Shown here one piece after another: positions 28,985-38,744 of a DNA stretch of 64,000 nucleotides. The notes under the pieces were generated by a model. It was not told the origin of the DNA and made no database searches. It saw only the letters and a program-made list of their open reading frames with translations. Positions within the stretch are counted from its first letter, which is position 1, and each line of letters begins with the position of its first letter. Origin of the DNA: Allosphingosinicella sp. (lineage in GTDB: Bacteria; Pseudomonadota; Alphaproteobacteria; Sphingomonadales; Sphingomonadaceae). The position numbers and the translations under genes were made by a program. Where the stretch lies: NCBI GenBank assembly GCA_035248285.1, contig DATFHP010000029.1, positions 505 through 64,504 of the forward strand, read 5' to 3'.

Positions 28985-29209
28985 CATGGCCCGCTCGGCG
29001 AGGCGCAGCTGCCCGTTGCGCTCGGCTGCGTCCAGGAGTTCGTGGATGCTGGTAAAGGCGCTGCTTCCGTCCAAGCGCGTTAGCGCCTCGAAGCCATGCG
29101 CAGCCAAGGACGTCGTGCTGACAATCGGCTGAAAGGCCACTTGCGCGCGGCCCAGGGCGTCGAGCGGATCCTGTTCGAATTTAAGCGCGAGATTTTGACG
29201 AACGGCCAC
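28985..29209 (-). pseudogene. 5' remnant of an EAL-domain (c-di-GMP phosphodiesterase) gene
   Basis: LDALGRAQVAFQPIVSTTSLAAHGFEALTRLDGSSAFTSIHELLDAAERNGQLRLAE matches the first ~70 residues of an EAL domain. The similarity stops where the paralog B gene ends; the rest of the ORF (to 28856) overlaps that gene. Confidence 0.5.
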
Positions 29210-29326
29210 CGGATCCTACCTTGGGCGGCCTTATCGCGGCCATGCACTAAGGACTGGTGGAAATGCTTGTCACAAAACCGCAATCTTGAGCGATGCGCCG
29301 CCGATCTGCGCTCAATCTGCAATATG

Positions 29327-30523
29327 CTATGGGAGTTCGGCGACTTCGCGAAAGAGGGTAAGAACGCCGGGGACCTCCTCCACCGACACCCTTCTGATCG
29401 CCTCGTCCGGTTCCGGGCGCTTCTTTCTTTGCTTGAGCGGCGCCTTGCGGGTCACCGGCGCCTCGCGCGGATCGACCGACTTTGAACCCTTTGCGATCTG
29501 CGGGCCACCTAGGCCGCAATAGAAACTGACGCCGAAGTCTTTCACCACCTGCTCGGCGAGCGCGATCCGGCGTTTGGCGCCGGCAAGCCCGTCCGCCAGA
29601 TTGATGAGCCCGAGAAAAAGCTTGGTGCCTTTCGCAAGCCGCAAATCGCGGAGCGGTTCATAATCCTCGATTTTGTCGTGCTCCGGAATGATCGGAATAT
29701 GGAAGTAGGTGATCGGCCGGCGGATCCGATCCACAAGGGCGTTTATGGTGTCCACGACCACGACATTGTCCTGGCCGCCGGCAGGATCGTGATGCCAGAT
29801 CGTGCAGATGTGGAAGCCCAGCTCCACCTCCGGCGGGATGCGGTTGGCGACTTCCGCCACCGCATCGGCCATTTGAGCCTGCGTCCAGTGGAATTGCTCA
29901 TGCACGGGCGTGTCGAACGCTTCGGGCGCGCGAATATATTCTTCATGCTCGGCTTCCATGGCCACATCCAGCTGGATGGTCAGTTCATCGGCCGGAATGT
30001 CACGCACGATTTCGGCAATTTCACGGGAAAGGGCCGCGGCAGCGCGAGGCAGGAGCTGCTCGGGGTCGCCCTTGACGGAATAGACCGTCGTCCCCGGCCC
30101 CGCCAAAGTCATCTGGAATCGCATGTCCTTGGGCACCACGCCCGCTTCCTTCAGGCGCTTGAACGCCTGGTAGGAGCGTCTCGCGCTCTCTGCATAGCCG
30201 TAGGGCCCGAGCTCGAGAGCGTCGGCGGATGCGCCGTCGCACAAGCAGAAGGTCGGCACGGCCATCGGTTTCTGTCCGTTCAGATGTACGACGCCTGCTT
30301 CCCGCAACGAGCGATTTTGCGCGTGGGATTGGAACACCTTGGTAAGCCAGCCCATTCGCTCGCCGTCGGGCATGCGCGTGAGCACGGGGCCCACATGCTC
30401 GGCAAGCGACCGGAAAACATCCTCGACGTCGGCGAGCGGCATTCCACCCACCATGAGCAGCTCTCGAGCGCCGGATTGAATTTCGCCAACCACATTCGAC
30501 TCCTTTGGTCCAATCCCAAGCAT
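29327..30523 (-). CDS. Hypothetical protein, possibly MetE-like/UROD-like TIM-barrel zinc enzyme
   Basis: TIQLDVAMEAE, GFHICTIW and SFYCGLGG resemble the IQIDEPA / H-x-C / CGL landmarks of cobalamin-independent methionine synthase-type proteins. It has a basic ~55-aa C-terminal tail and is the last gene of the operon. Confidence 0.6.
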   Translation of the reverse strand: MLGIGPKESNVVGEIQSGARELLMVGGMPLADVEDVFRSLAEHVGPVLTRMPDGERMGWLTKVFQSHAQNRSLREAGVVHLNGQKPMAVPTFCLCDGASADALELGPYGYAESARRSYQAFKRLKEAGVVPKDMRFQMTLAGPGTTVYSVKGDPEQLLPRAAAALSREIAEIVRDIPADELTIQLDVAMEAEHEEYIRAPEAFDTPVHEQFHWTQAQMADAVAEVANRIPPEVELGFHICTIWHHDPAGGQDNVVVVDTINALVDRIRRPITYFHIPIIPEHDKIEDYEPLRDLRLAKGTKLFLGLINLADGLAGAKRRIALAEQVVKDFGVSFYCGLGGPQIAKGSKSVDPREAPVTRKAPLKQRKKRPEPDEAIRRVSVEEVPGVLTLFREVAELP

Positions 30524-30536
30524 CCGCGCGATGCGC

Positions 30537-31724
30537 CTATCGCGCAACCTCGAACAGCGCGGCGGCACCCATGCCGCCCCCTATGCACATCGTGACGACG
30601 CCGTAGCGAATGCCCCGGCGTTGCCCCTCGATCAGCAAATGTCCGGTCATGCGCGCGCCCGACATTCCATAGGGATGGCCGATGGAGATGGCGCCGCCGT
30701 CCACGTTCAATCGATCTTCGGGGATGCCGAGCGTGTCGCGACAATAGAGCGTCTGCACGGCGAATGCCTCGTTGAGTTCCCATAGATCGATGTCGGCGAC
30801 CGACAGGCCGAAGCGATTCAAGAGCTTGGGCACGGCGAACACCGGTCCGATCCCCATTTCGTCGGGCTCGCAGCCCGCCACCGCGAAGCCGCGAAATATG
30901 CCGAGCGGGGCGAGGCCGCGCCGCTTTGCCTCGCCGGCTTCCATGAGGACGCACGCGCTCGCGCCATCGGAGAGCTGGCTCGCGTTGCCCGCCGTGATAG
31001 TGCCGTCCGGGCCGTTGACCGGGGCGAGCGCGGCAAGCGCCTCGATCGTCGTGCCGGGCCGGTTCCCTTCGTCGGCGTGCAGCAATGTCTCTTCATGCGT
31101 TGCGCCGGGGGCGTCGGTCGCCGGGACTTCCCTCATGGACGCGAGCGGCACGATCTCGGCGTCGAAGCGGCCCGCCGCCTGCGCCGCGGCCGTCCGCCGC
31201 TGACTCTCATAGGCATAGGCGTCCTGCTCGGCGCGGGCGATGCCGTAGCGCCTGGCGACGATCTCGGCGGTTTCGAGCATCGGCATGTAGATTGCGGGCG
31301 ATTTGTCCCGCAGCCAGTCCGATTGCTTGCGCCATTCATTGGTATGCGCATTTTGCGCCAGCGAGATCGATTCGAGGCCGCCGGCCACGAAGATGTCCGC
31401 CTCGCCGGATGATATGCGGTCCGCGGCGACGGCGATCGCCTGAAGCCCGGAGGAGCACATGCGGCTGACCGTCAGGCCGGCCACCGTCACCGGAAGCCCC
31501 GCCGCAAGCGCGGCTTGGCGGGCGATATTGGCACCGGTCGCGCCCTCGGGCCGGCCGCACCCCAGGATGACGTCCTCGACCTCGGGTCCGTCGAGCTGCG
31601 CGCGCGATACGGCCTGGCGCACCACATGGCCGCCGAGAATCGCGCCATGCGTGTCGTTGAACGCGCCCCGATAGGCTCTTCCGATCGGAGTGCGCGCCGT
31701 CGAAACTATGACCGCTTCGCGCAT
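30537..31724 (-). CDS. Acetyl-CoA C-acyltransferase (thiolase)
   Basis: Nucleophile MCSSGLQAI, then [10 protein letters not shown] and CIGGGMG. Confidence 0.95.
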   Translation of the reverse strand: MREAVIVSTARTPIGRAYRGAFNDTHGAILGGHVVRQAVSRAQLDGPEVEDVILGCGRPEGATGANIARQAALAAGLPVTVAGLTVSRMCSSGLQAIAVAADRISSGEADIFVAGGLESISLAQNAHTNEWRKQSDWLRDKSPAIYMPMLETAEIVARRYGIARAEQDAYAYESQRRTAAAQAAGRFDAEIVPLASMREVPATDAPGATHEETLLHADEGNRPGTTIEALAALAPVNGPDGTITAGNASQLSDGASACVLMEAGEAKRRGLAPLGIFRGFAVAGCEPDEMGIGPVFAVPKLLNRFGLSVADIDLWELNEAFAVQTLYCRDTLGIPEDRLNVDGGAISIGHPYGMSGARMTGHLLIEGQRRGIRYGVVTMCIGGGMGAAALFEVAR

Positions 31725-31725
31725 G

Positions 31726-32568
31726 TCACAGCCCCAGCACGCGCTCGGCGGTGCCGTGGAAAAAGGCTTCCAGGAATTCGTCCTTGAAGCCGAGGTCGTT
31801 CCATTCCTTGAGCAGGCGCGGATAGGGAATGCTTGGATAATCGCTTCCGAACATCATCTTGTCCCTCAATCGCCCCCGCATGTCGCGAATGATCTGCTCG
31901 GGCAGATATTTGGGGCCCCACCCCGACATTTCCCAGAAGACGTTGGCCTTGTGCAACGCGACCACGGTCGTCTCGTCGATCCAGGGATAACCGGGATGGG
32001 CCATGATGATGGTGAGGTTGGGAAAATCGGCGGCGAGCGCATCGATCGCCGCAGGATGCGCGTGGCGGGTCTTGGCGCCCATGCCCCCGGGCATGCCGGC
32101 GCCCATCCCGGTCATGCCGACGTCGATCATCACCGGCACCTTGAGCGCCGTCAATTCCTCGAACAGCGGATAATGGCGCGTATCGTCGACGCTGAAATGC
32201 TGCATGATGGGATGGAAATGAAATCCGATCATGCCGAGATCGTTGACGGCATGACGCGCCTCGTCGATCGCGAGCTGTCCGGTCGCCGGCTCCAGCGCGC
32301 CCCAGGCGCCGATCATGCAATCCCGATGCCGGTCGCGCATGCCGGCGACATAATCGTTGGAGCAAGGCGGGGTATTGATGGTCGTCGACAGGTCGAGCGC
32401 GACCAGACAGGCGTGAATTCCGTTTTCGCGAAACTCGGCGGCGACCTCCGCTTCTTCCTTCCACGTCCAGTCGCGTTTCCAATATTTGGCAAGGGCGTCG
32501 ACATAGGGTCCCTGGCAGTCGATCCAGGTCTTCGTGTTGGGGTAGCAGTGCAGATCGATGATGCGCAT
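31726..32568 (-). CDS. Amidohydrolase_2 family protein (ACMSD/LigW/LigI-type hydrolase or decarboxylase)
   Basis: [11 protein letters not shown]..., [15 protein letters not shown] landmarks of the PF04909-type TIM barrel. Confidence 0.8.
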   Translation of the reverse strand: MRIIDLHCYPNTKTWIDCQGPYVDALAKYWKRDWTWKEEAEVAAEFRENGIHACLVALDLSTTINTPPCSNDYVAGMRDRHRDCMIGAWGALEPATGQLAIDEARHAVNDLGMIGFHFHPIMQHFSVDDTRHYPLFEELTALKVPVMIDVGMTGMGAGMPGGMGAKTRHAHPAAIDALAADFPNLTIIMAHPGYPWIDETTVVALHKANVFWEMSGWGPKYLPEQIIRDMRGRLRDKMMFGSDYPSIPYPRLLKEWNDLGFKDEFLEAFFHGTAERVLGL

Positions 32569-32577
32569 TGGTTTCTC

Positions 32578-33372
32578 CTAGCTCCCCGTCCACCGCGGAG
32601 GGCGTTTTTCCGTGAAGGCGCGTGGCCCTTCGATCGCATCCTGACTCGCCTTGCGTGCCTCTTCGGCCGGATAGGCAGCCGCCATCGCATCGGCGAGCGG
32701 AAGCCCCAGGCCTTCGCTTACGCATTGCTTGATCGAGCGAATGGACAGGGGTGCGCAGGCGATGATGTCCGCGATCCACCGTGCGATCGCGTCATCGAGC
32801 TGATCGGCGGGCACGACTTCGTTGACGAGCCCGAGTTCATAGGCGCGGGCGGCGCTCATGCTGCGACCGGTGAGAAGATATCCCATGGCCGCCTTCGGCG
32901 GAATCTGTCGGGGCAGCCGATGGACGCCGCCGGCGAAGGGGATCAGGCCCCGCCGCGCTTCCGGCATGGCGAAGCTCGCGCTCTCGCTCGCGACGATAAG
33001 GTCGCAGGCAAGCGCGAGCTCGAAACCGCCGCCGAGCGCAAGGCCCTGGACGCGCGCGATGATCGGCTTCGGATAGTCGAAACGGTCGGTCAGGCGGGTG
33101 ATCTTCGCCCAGCGCGCGTCGACGACCGACCGCGCCTCCGCGCCCATTTCCTCCACCTCGGCCAGTTCCTTGAGGTCGCGCCCGACCGAAAAGGCCTTGT
33201 CGCCGGCACCGGTCAGGATGATCACCCGAACCGCCGCATCGTCGGCAAGCCGGTCCAGTGCCTGGCTCAACGCCAGATGGGCGCGCGAATCCATCGCGTT
33301 GAGGCGATCGGCGCGGTTGATCGTGACCGTCGCGATGCCGTCATCGATCGCAACGAGGATTGGTTCGCTCAT
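32578..33372 (-). CDS. Enoyl-CoA hydratase/isomerase family protein
   Basis: VTINRADRLNAM ... FSVGRDL ... GLALGGGFELALACD. Confidence 0.9.
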   Translation of the reverse strand: MSEPILVAIDDGIATVTINRADRLNAMDSRAHLALSQALDRLADDAAVRVIILTGAGDKAFSVGRDLKELAEVEEMGAEARSVVDARWAKITRLTDRFDYPKPIIARVQGLALGGGFELALACDLIVASESASFAMPEARRGLIPFAGGVHRLPRQIPPKAAMGYLLTGRSMSAARAYELGLVNEVVPADQLDDAIARWIADIIACAPLSIRSIKQCVSEGLGLPLADAMAAAYPAEEARKASQDAIEGPRAFTEKRPPRWTGS

Positions 33373-33376
33373 CGAC

Positions 33377-34135
33377 TCAGCGGCTCGCGACCGCCGCCTT
33401 CATTCGCTGCAGGAGCGCACGGAAGGGAGGCTGTTTCATCGAATGCAATTGTTCTGCGGTTTCATGCTCGAAGGTCCGGCGATGATCGCTCGCGGCGGCG
33501 AGGCGCAGCGATCGCTTGGTGCGCACCAGCAGCTCGCGCGGCATCTCGTTGGTGGCCTCGGCAAGCTTCATGGCCGCTTCTATCAGAAGATCGGGCGCAG
33601 CGACCTGCTGAACGAGGCCGATCGCCTTGGCCTCGTCGGCGCGCACTACGCTGTTGGCGAGCAACAGGCGCGTCGCTTCGGCCCAACCCACCGCCCGCAG
33701 GAGCAGCCAGCCGTGCCCGCCGCCGGGATGCAGTCCGATCTTCAGGAATCGGGTCTCGAAGACGGCCTTTTCGCTCGCGATGCGCATGTCGCAGGCGAGG
33801 GCCAGATTCATTCCCGCTCCGACCGCCGGTCCGTTGACGGCGGCGATCGTCGGCAATTCGCTTTCGGCGACCGACATGAACGATTGATAGACCGCATAGA
33901 GAGCGTCCGTGTCGCCGTCGGCGCCGGCTTCGAGGTCGTCGAGATCGGCGCCGGCGCAGAAGGCCGATCCAGCCCCGGTGATGACGATCGCCCTGAGGTC
34001 CTCATCATCGTTGGCGGCGGCGATCGCGGCGCTGAGCGCCTCGCAAAGGGCGCGCGAAAGGATGTTGCGGCGGCCCGGGTCGTCGAGCGTGAGGAGCAGT
34101 GTCGCGCCATGACGGTCGGTCTTGAGCAGACTCAT
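33377..34135 (-). CDS. Enoyl-CoA hydratase/isomerase family protein
   Basis: LTLDDPGRRNIL ... FCAGADL ... GPAVGAGMNLALACD. ATGA overlap with the upstream ligase gene. Confidence 0.9.
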   Translation of the reverse strand: MSLLKTDRHGATLLLTLDDPGRRNILSRALCEALSAAIAAANDDEDLRAIVITGAGSAFCAGADLDDLEAGADGDTDALYAVYQSFMSVAESELPTIAAVNGPAVGAGMNLALACDMRIASEKAVFETRFLKIGLHPGGGHGWLLLRAVGWAEATRLLLANSVVRADEAKAIGLVQQVAAPDLLIEAAMKLAEATNEMPRELLVRTKRSLRLAAASDHRRTFEHETAEQLHSMKQPPFRALLQRMKAAVASR

Positions 34136-35772
34136 GCGGGCTGTCCCATTCGCCCGACGACACTCGTCACCAGATCCTTTTTGGAAACCTTGCCGAAGTT
34201 GCTGAGCGGGAAGGTGTCGAAGCGTTCGACGCGCTCGGGATATTTGAATTTGGCCAGCTCGAACTGGCCGAGAAAATCACACAATTCCTCGAGCGACAGA
34301 CTATGGCCGTTGCGAAGCACCACGCAGGCACAATTCTTTTCGCCCATGACCCGATCCGGCATCGATACGCAGGCGACATTTTCGACTGCCGGGTGACGAA
34401 GGATCAGCTCTTCGATCTCCTCGGCGCTGATCTTCTCGGCGCCCCGATTGATCAGATCCTTCTTGCGTCCTTCGACCATATAATTGCCCGACGGATGCTG
34501 GCGCATCAGATCGCCGCTGCGGTAGAATCCGTCGGGCGTGAAAGCCCGCGCATTATATTCCTCGGCTTTGAAATAGCCCCGCAGCGTATAGGGGCCGCGG
34601 CAGCATAATTCTCCGACTTCGCCCGGCTTGACCAATTCGTCGTCCTCGCCGAGCAGCATGATCTCGTCGTCGGGACAGATCTTGCGTCCGACCGTCTCCA
34701 TGCGGACGTCGAGAGGATCGTCGAGACGGACGAACATCAGCAGACCTTCGGCCATCCCGAAATTCTCCTGGACGGTGCAGTTGCGGAACACCTTCGCGGT
34801 GCGTCGCCGGACCTCGGGCTGCAGGCGCTGGCCGCCGCTTTGAATCACCTTCACCGAGGAAAGATCGTATTTTTCCGTCAGGGGGCTTTCCGTCCATTTG
34901 ATCAACAGCGGCGGCACCGCATGGATATGGGTTACCTTGTAGCGCTCGATCAGGGGGAATATTTCTTCGGCGGCCGCGCTGGTGTGAAGCACGGTCGCCG
35001 CGCCCGACAGCAGGAAGCCCTGCAAGCCGGGGCAGGCGAGCGGGAGGTTGTGGCCGATCGGCAGCACATCGAGCAGCACGCTGTCCGGCTGGACCGCGCA
35101 GACCGACACGGCCATGCGGCTGTTATAGGCATAGTCGTTATGGGTGCGCGGGATCAGTTTCGGAATGCCGGTGGTGCCGCCCGAAAGCAGGAACAGCGCC
35201 GGATCGTCCGGGTCGATCTCGATATCGTCGATCATGCTCGCCGGCAGGCTTGCCGGCGTGTCGATCAGCGCATTCAGCGAAACGAAACCGGCCGCGGCTT
35301 CACCCAGCACGATTCCGTGCTTGAGATGCGGCGCTTCGGCGCGGATTCGATCGACCATCTCGAGATAGCTGAAATCGCGATGCGCATCCGGAGTGAAGGT
35401 CGCCACGGCTTCCGCCGTCTTCACGAAGAAGCTCATTTCCCGAAACCGGTGCGGGGGCAGCGCAAGCACGGGGATGACGCCGATCTTCTGCAGGGCGAAA
35501 TGCAGATAGGCGAACTCGATCCTGTTCGGCAGCTGAACGACGACGCAATCCCCCCGTTTGAAACCGAGCCCGAGAAGATTCAGCGCGAGGTTTGTCGATC
35601 GCTCGTCGAGGGCGCGAAACGTCACGGCGCTTTCGGAGTCCAGCAGCGCGGTCCGGTCGGCGTAGCGTTCGCACCAGCCCTTGAAGACCGAGCGCAGCGT
35701 CTCGTCGCGCCAATAGCCTTTCTCGCGGTAGCGCTTGGCGAATTGGGGTGGGAATGGGACAACGCCGTCCAT
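34132..35772 (-). CDS. Aryl-acid AMP/CoA ligase of the 2,3-dihydroxybenzoate-AMP ligase (EntE/DhbE) type
   Basis: FAKRYREKGYWRDETL..., VVVQLPNRIEFAYLHFAL, LLSGGTTGIPK. ATG 35772 follows AGGAG; the longer track ORF N-terminus is Arg-rich noise. Confidence 0.9.
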   Translation of the reverse strand: MDGVVPFPPQFAKRYREKGYWRDETLRSVFKGWCERYADRTALLDSESAVTFRALDERSTNLALNLLGLGFKRGDCVVVQLPNRIEFAYLHFALQKIGVIPVLALPPHRFREMSFFVKTAEAVATFTPDAHRDFSYLEMVDRIRAEAPHLKHGIVLGEAAAGFVSLNALIDTPASLPASMIDDIEIDPDDPALFLLSGGTTGIPKLIPRTHNDYAYNSRMAVSVCAVQPDSVLLDVLPIGHNLPLACPGLQGFLLSGAATVLHTSAAAEEIFPLIERYKVTHIHAVPPLLIKWTESPLTEKYDLSSVKVIQSGGQRLQPEVRRRTAKVFRNCTVQENFGMAEGLLMFVRLDDPLDVRMETVGRKICPDDEIMLLGEDDELVKPGEVGELCCRGPYTLRGYFKAEEYNARAFTPDGFYRSGDLMRQHPSGNYMVEGRKKDLINRGAEKISAEEIEELILRHPAVENVACVSMPDRVMGEKNCACVVLRNGHSLSLEELCDFLGQFELAKFKYPERVERFDTFPLSNFGKVSKKDLVTSVVGRMGQPA

Positions 35773-35792
35773 GATGGGGCTCCTGGCAGGAA

Positions 35793-36566
35793 TCAGGTGA
35801 CAAAGCTGTAGCCGCCGTCGATCACGACGGTCTGGCCGGTGGTGAACAGCAATTGGGTCGCGAGCGTCAGCACCGCCGCGCCGACGTCTTCCGGCCGGGC
35901 ATTCCGCTTGAGCGGGGTGTGGCTGGCGCGGCGCTCCATCAGACGCTCGTAATTCTCGCCCAGCGTCCGTTCCATCCACTCGCCCTCCAGCCAGCCGGGG
36001 GCGACGGCATTGACGCGAATGGAGGGGCCTAGCGCGCCCGCAAGTGTGCGCGTCATCGAGATGATGGCGGCCTTGCTGGAGGAGTAAGGCAGGGATTGGG
36101 CGCCGGGGCGAAGACCGACGATGCTGGCCGTGTTGACGACGCTGGCCTGCGGCATCGCCTTCAACAGCCGTGCGGCGTGCTTGGTCGCGAGAAAGGTGCC
36201 GCGCACGTTGACGGCATATACCCGGTCGAAATCCTCGACGGTCATGGTGTCGAACTTGTGCGGAGGGACCTCGCTGCTGATGCCGGCATTGTTGACCAGA
36301 AGATCGAGCCGGCCGTCGAACAGCCTCTCGACCTCGGCCACCATCGCGATCACGTCGGACTCGTTGCTGACGTCCGCCTTGATCAGCGCGGTCCGCTGCG
36401 CACCGGCCGCCTTGGCGAGCCGCTCGGTCTCCTGAGCCTCCTTGTCGCTGCGGCTATAATTGATAGCGACGTCGAAACCGCCTTCCGCCAGGCTCTCCAC
36501 GATTGCTCGTCCGATTCCGGTGGCTGCTCCTGTCACCAAAGCGGCGCGTCTGGGTTGCCCTGCCAT
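35793..36566 (-). CDS. SDR family oxidoreductase (3-hydroxyacyl-CoA / 3-oxoacyl reductase-like)
   Basis: ALVTGAATGIGRAI and YSSSKAA motifs. Confidence 0.9.
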   Translation of the reverse strand: MAGQPRRAALVTGAATGIGRAIVESLAEGGFDVAINYSRSDKEAQETERLAKAAGAQRTALIKADVSNESDVIAMVAEVERLFDGRLDLLVNNAGISSEVPPHKFDTMTVEDFDRVYAVNVRGTFLATKHAARLLKAMPQASVVNTASIVGLRPGAQSLPYSSSKAAIISMTRTLAGALGPSIRVNAVAPGWLEGEWMERTLGENYERLMERRASHTPLKRNARPEDVGAAVLTLATQLLFTTGQTVVIDGGYSFVT

Positions 36567-36666
36567 CCGGTCTCCTTTCCAAGATTGAATACTATAGTAC
36601 GATCAAAATCGATCACGTTCACTTTTAGTCGGGCTGCTTTGTCGCGGCAAGCGATGATTCGGCGAC

Positions 36667-37374
36667 TCAGGTCGATCCTGACGGCGCCAGCGCCTTCATC
36701 GGGAGCTTCATCAGTCGGCGCAAGTCCTTCAAGCCCGTCGCTATGTCGTCCGGCGTCGTGGCGCTCCAGTGCCGCACGGCGGACGTGTAGACTGCGAACA
36801 GCGTGGCCGCTGCTTCGTCGGCGTCCAGGGATGGATTCATGCGGCCCTGCCGCTGCATCTGCGCGATCCAGGCCGCGAGCTCGCGTTGCGCCTCGCGTCG
36901 GCGCGCGACGATGGCCTCCATATGCGGATTGGCGCCGAAGAATTCCATCTGCTGCAGGACTTGATGGCTGAGCTTCGGAATTTTCGACCAAAAACCATAA
37001 AGTTTCGCCAACCCTTGGATCAGCTCGTCCATCGGATCGTCATGCCTCGGGTTGTCCTCGAACAGTGCCGGGAGAGCCGTCAGCTCTTCTACATAGACCA
37101 TGGCGAGCAGGCCCGCCTTGTCCGCGGCATAGGCAGATACCGTCCCAAAGCCCACGTCCGCCTTTTCGGCGACCTCGCGCAACGTGGTGGCGGCATATCC
37201 TTTCTTCGCGAAGAGACTGCGCGCCGCGGCCCGGATCAATTTTTCCTTGGACTGCTTGTTTCGTTCGCGCAGGCTTGGCTTGCCGTCCCGCCTTGCCGCA
37301 AGGGCGGTGCGCGCGCCCTTGCGACCGTGGTTGCCGATCTGCGACATCTGGCTCATCGAAGGGAGGTGAGACAC
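36667..37374 (-). CDS. TetR family transcriptional regulator
   Basis: HTH LIRAAARSLFAKKGYAATTLREVAEKADVGFGTVSAY. First gene of the minus-strand block. Confidence 0.9.
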   Translation of the reverse strand: MSHLPSMSQMSQIGNHGRKGARTALAARRDGKPSLRERNKQSKEKLIRAAARSLFAKKGYAATTLREVAEKADVGFGTVSAYAADKAGLLAMVYVEELTALPALFEDNPRHDDPMDELIQGLAKLYGFWSKIPKLSHQVLQQMEFFGANPHMEAIVARRREAQRELAAWIAQMQRQGRMNPSLDADEAAATLFAVYTSAVRHWSATTPDDIATGLKDLRRLMKLPMKALAPSGST

Positions 37375-37577
37375 CGCGAGTGACCGGCGTCCGGGTGTCC
37401 TTGATCACCGATCGCAGGGGCAAGAGAGATCCTCGGCATGGCCTGTGTAAGCCACAGTCCCGTGCCGATGGTCAACGATCTTTCCCGGAAGACCTTGTCA
37501 AAGGCCGCGTGATGGGTACGATCCTCTTGGGCTGCAGTTCGCGGCCGCTTGTTCCCCCCAAAGCTATCGAGAGCGCG

Positions 37578-38498
37578 ATGAGCAACGACGAAGACAATGT
37601 GAGCAGCGAATTCAAATATACGGTCTGCTGCTGGAGCACGCCGAAGAACAGCTGGCTCCAGGATATCGAGCAATGCGCGGCGATCGGTGTGCAAGGTGTG
37701 GGGCTTTGGGAACGCAAGATCGCGCCCGGCGAGGAGGAGGCCGTCGAGGAGGCTTTGGCCGCGCACGACATACGCGCCGGGATCCTCGTTCCCGACGATT
37801 GGACCCTGTTGCCCGGACCGCTGAATCCGCGTGCGGAGGGTCTGGACTGGAAAGAATTGTCGCGGCGGATTGCGGCCAGCATGGCGCGTCTGGCTCGGTT
37901 CAAGCCCGTCGGAATATTGGTCGGCCCCGGTACCAGCGGCGATCCCGCGAATCCCGCCGGGCCGATCGAGGGCGTCATCGAAGGCTTGAAGATCGTTGCC
38001 GATGCCGCCGGCGAGGTGGGGCTCAGGATCGGTTTCGAACCCTATGCACGCAGGCGAGGGGGTGCGCTGGTGACGCTGGCCGAGACGGTGGAGGTGATCG
38101 AGAAGGTCGGCCGCGGCAATGTCGATCTGCTTCCCGACGTCTGGCATTATTGGCCCGAGGAAAACGTCCATGGCGAGCTGCGCCAGTTCGCCGACCGCAT
38201 GATGGGACTGCAGGTCAACGACGCGCGGATCGACGAACGCAGCTGGTGCGACCGGGTCCAGCCCGGCGACGGCCGCAACCAATGCACGGCGATGGTCGCC
38301 ACCCTGATCGAGGCGGGCTTCACCGGCTGGTACGATTATGAGGTCTTCTCGGACGATGGGCGCTGGGGCAACGCCTATCCAGACTCGCTTTGGGCCAAGC
38401 CGCACGAAGAGTTCCTTCGCGAAGGCTATGAGGCCTTCTCCCGCTGCTATGCCGACGCCAAGCAGATGGTCGAAGCCTCGCGCAGGGTTGCTTCCTGA
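37578..38498 (+). CDS. Sugar phosphate isomerase/epimerase (xylose isomerase-like TIM barrel)
   Basis: IGVQGVGLWERKI ... IGFEPYARR ... LLPDVWHYW pattern. Start is 37578 or 37512; the upstream part of the track ORF is antisense to tetR. Confidence 0.75.
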   Translation: MSNDEDNVSSEFKYTVCCWSTPKNSWLQDIEQCAAIGVQGVGLWERKIAPGEEEAVEEALAAHDIRAGILVPDDWTLLPGPLNPRAEGLDWKELSRRIAASMARLARFKPVGILVGPGTSGDPANPAGPIEGVIEGLKIVADAAGEVGLRIGFEPYARRRGGALVTLAETVEVIEKVGRGNVDLLPDVWHYWPEENVHGELRQFADRMMGLQVNDARIDERSWCDRVQPGDGRNQCTAMVATLIEAGFTGWYDYEVFSDDGRWGNAYPDSLWAKPHEEFLREGYEAFSRCYADAKQMVEASRRVAS

Positions 38499-38744
38499 TA
38501 TCGAAATGCTGCTGAATGGGAGGGGCCAGCGGGTTTGGCTTTCCGCCGAATTCGCGGGATCGGTTTTGCCGAGCAGGCGCGAAACCAATTCAGACAAATA
38601 CTCATGGCGGCGGCGCTCAATTCCCCGCTTCATTGCGCATTTTGGTCTCGCTGTCCTATATTGGCGAAAAGAAGTTCGCCGGCGTCGCACCACCGGCATG
38701 GCTTCGCACCATGCCGTCTTGAGCGGGCCTCGGCAGGAGAGGAA

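Noticed and set aside
31690-33837. 715-aa plus-strand ORF spanning four minus-strand genes
   Set aside because: It is antisense to well-supported crotonase, amidohydrolase and thiolase genes. The translation is Arg/Gly/Ala/Pro-rich with no motifs. This is typical shadow-ORF behaviour in high-GC DNA.
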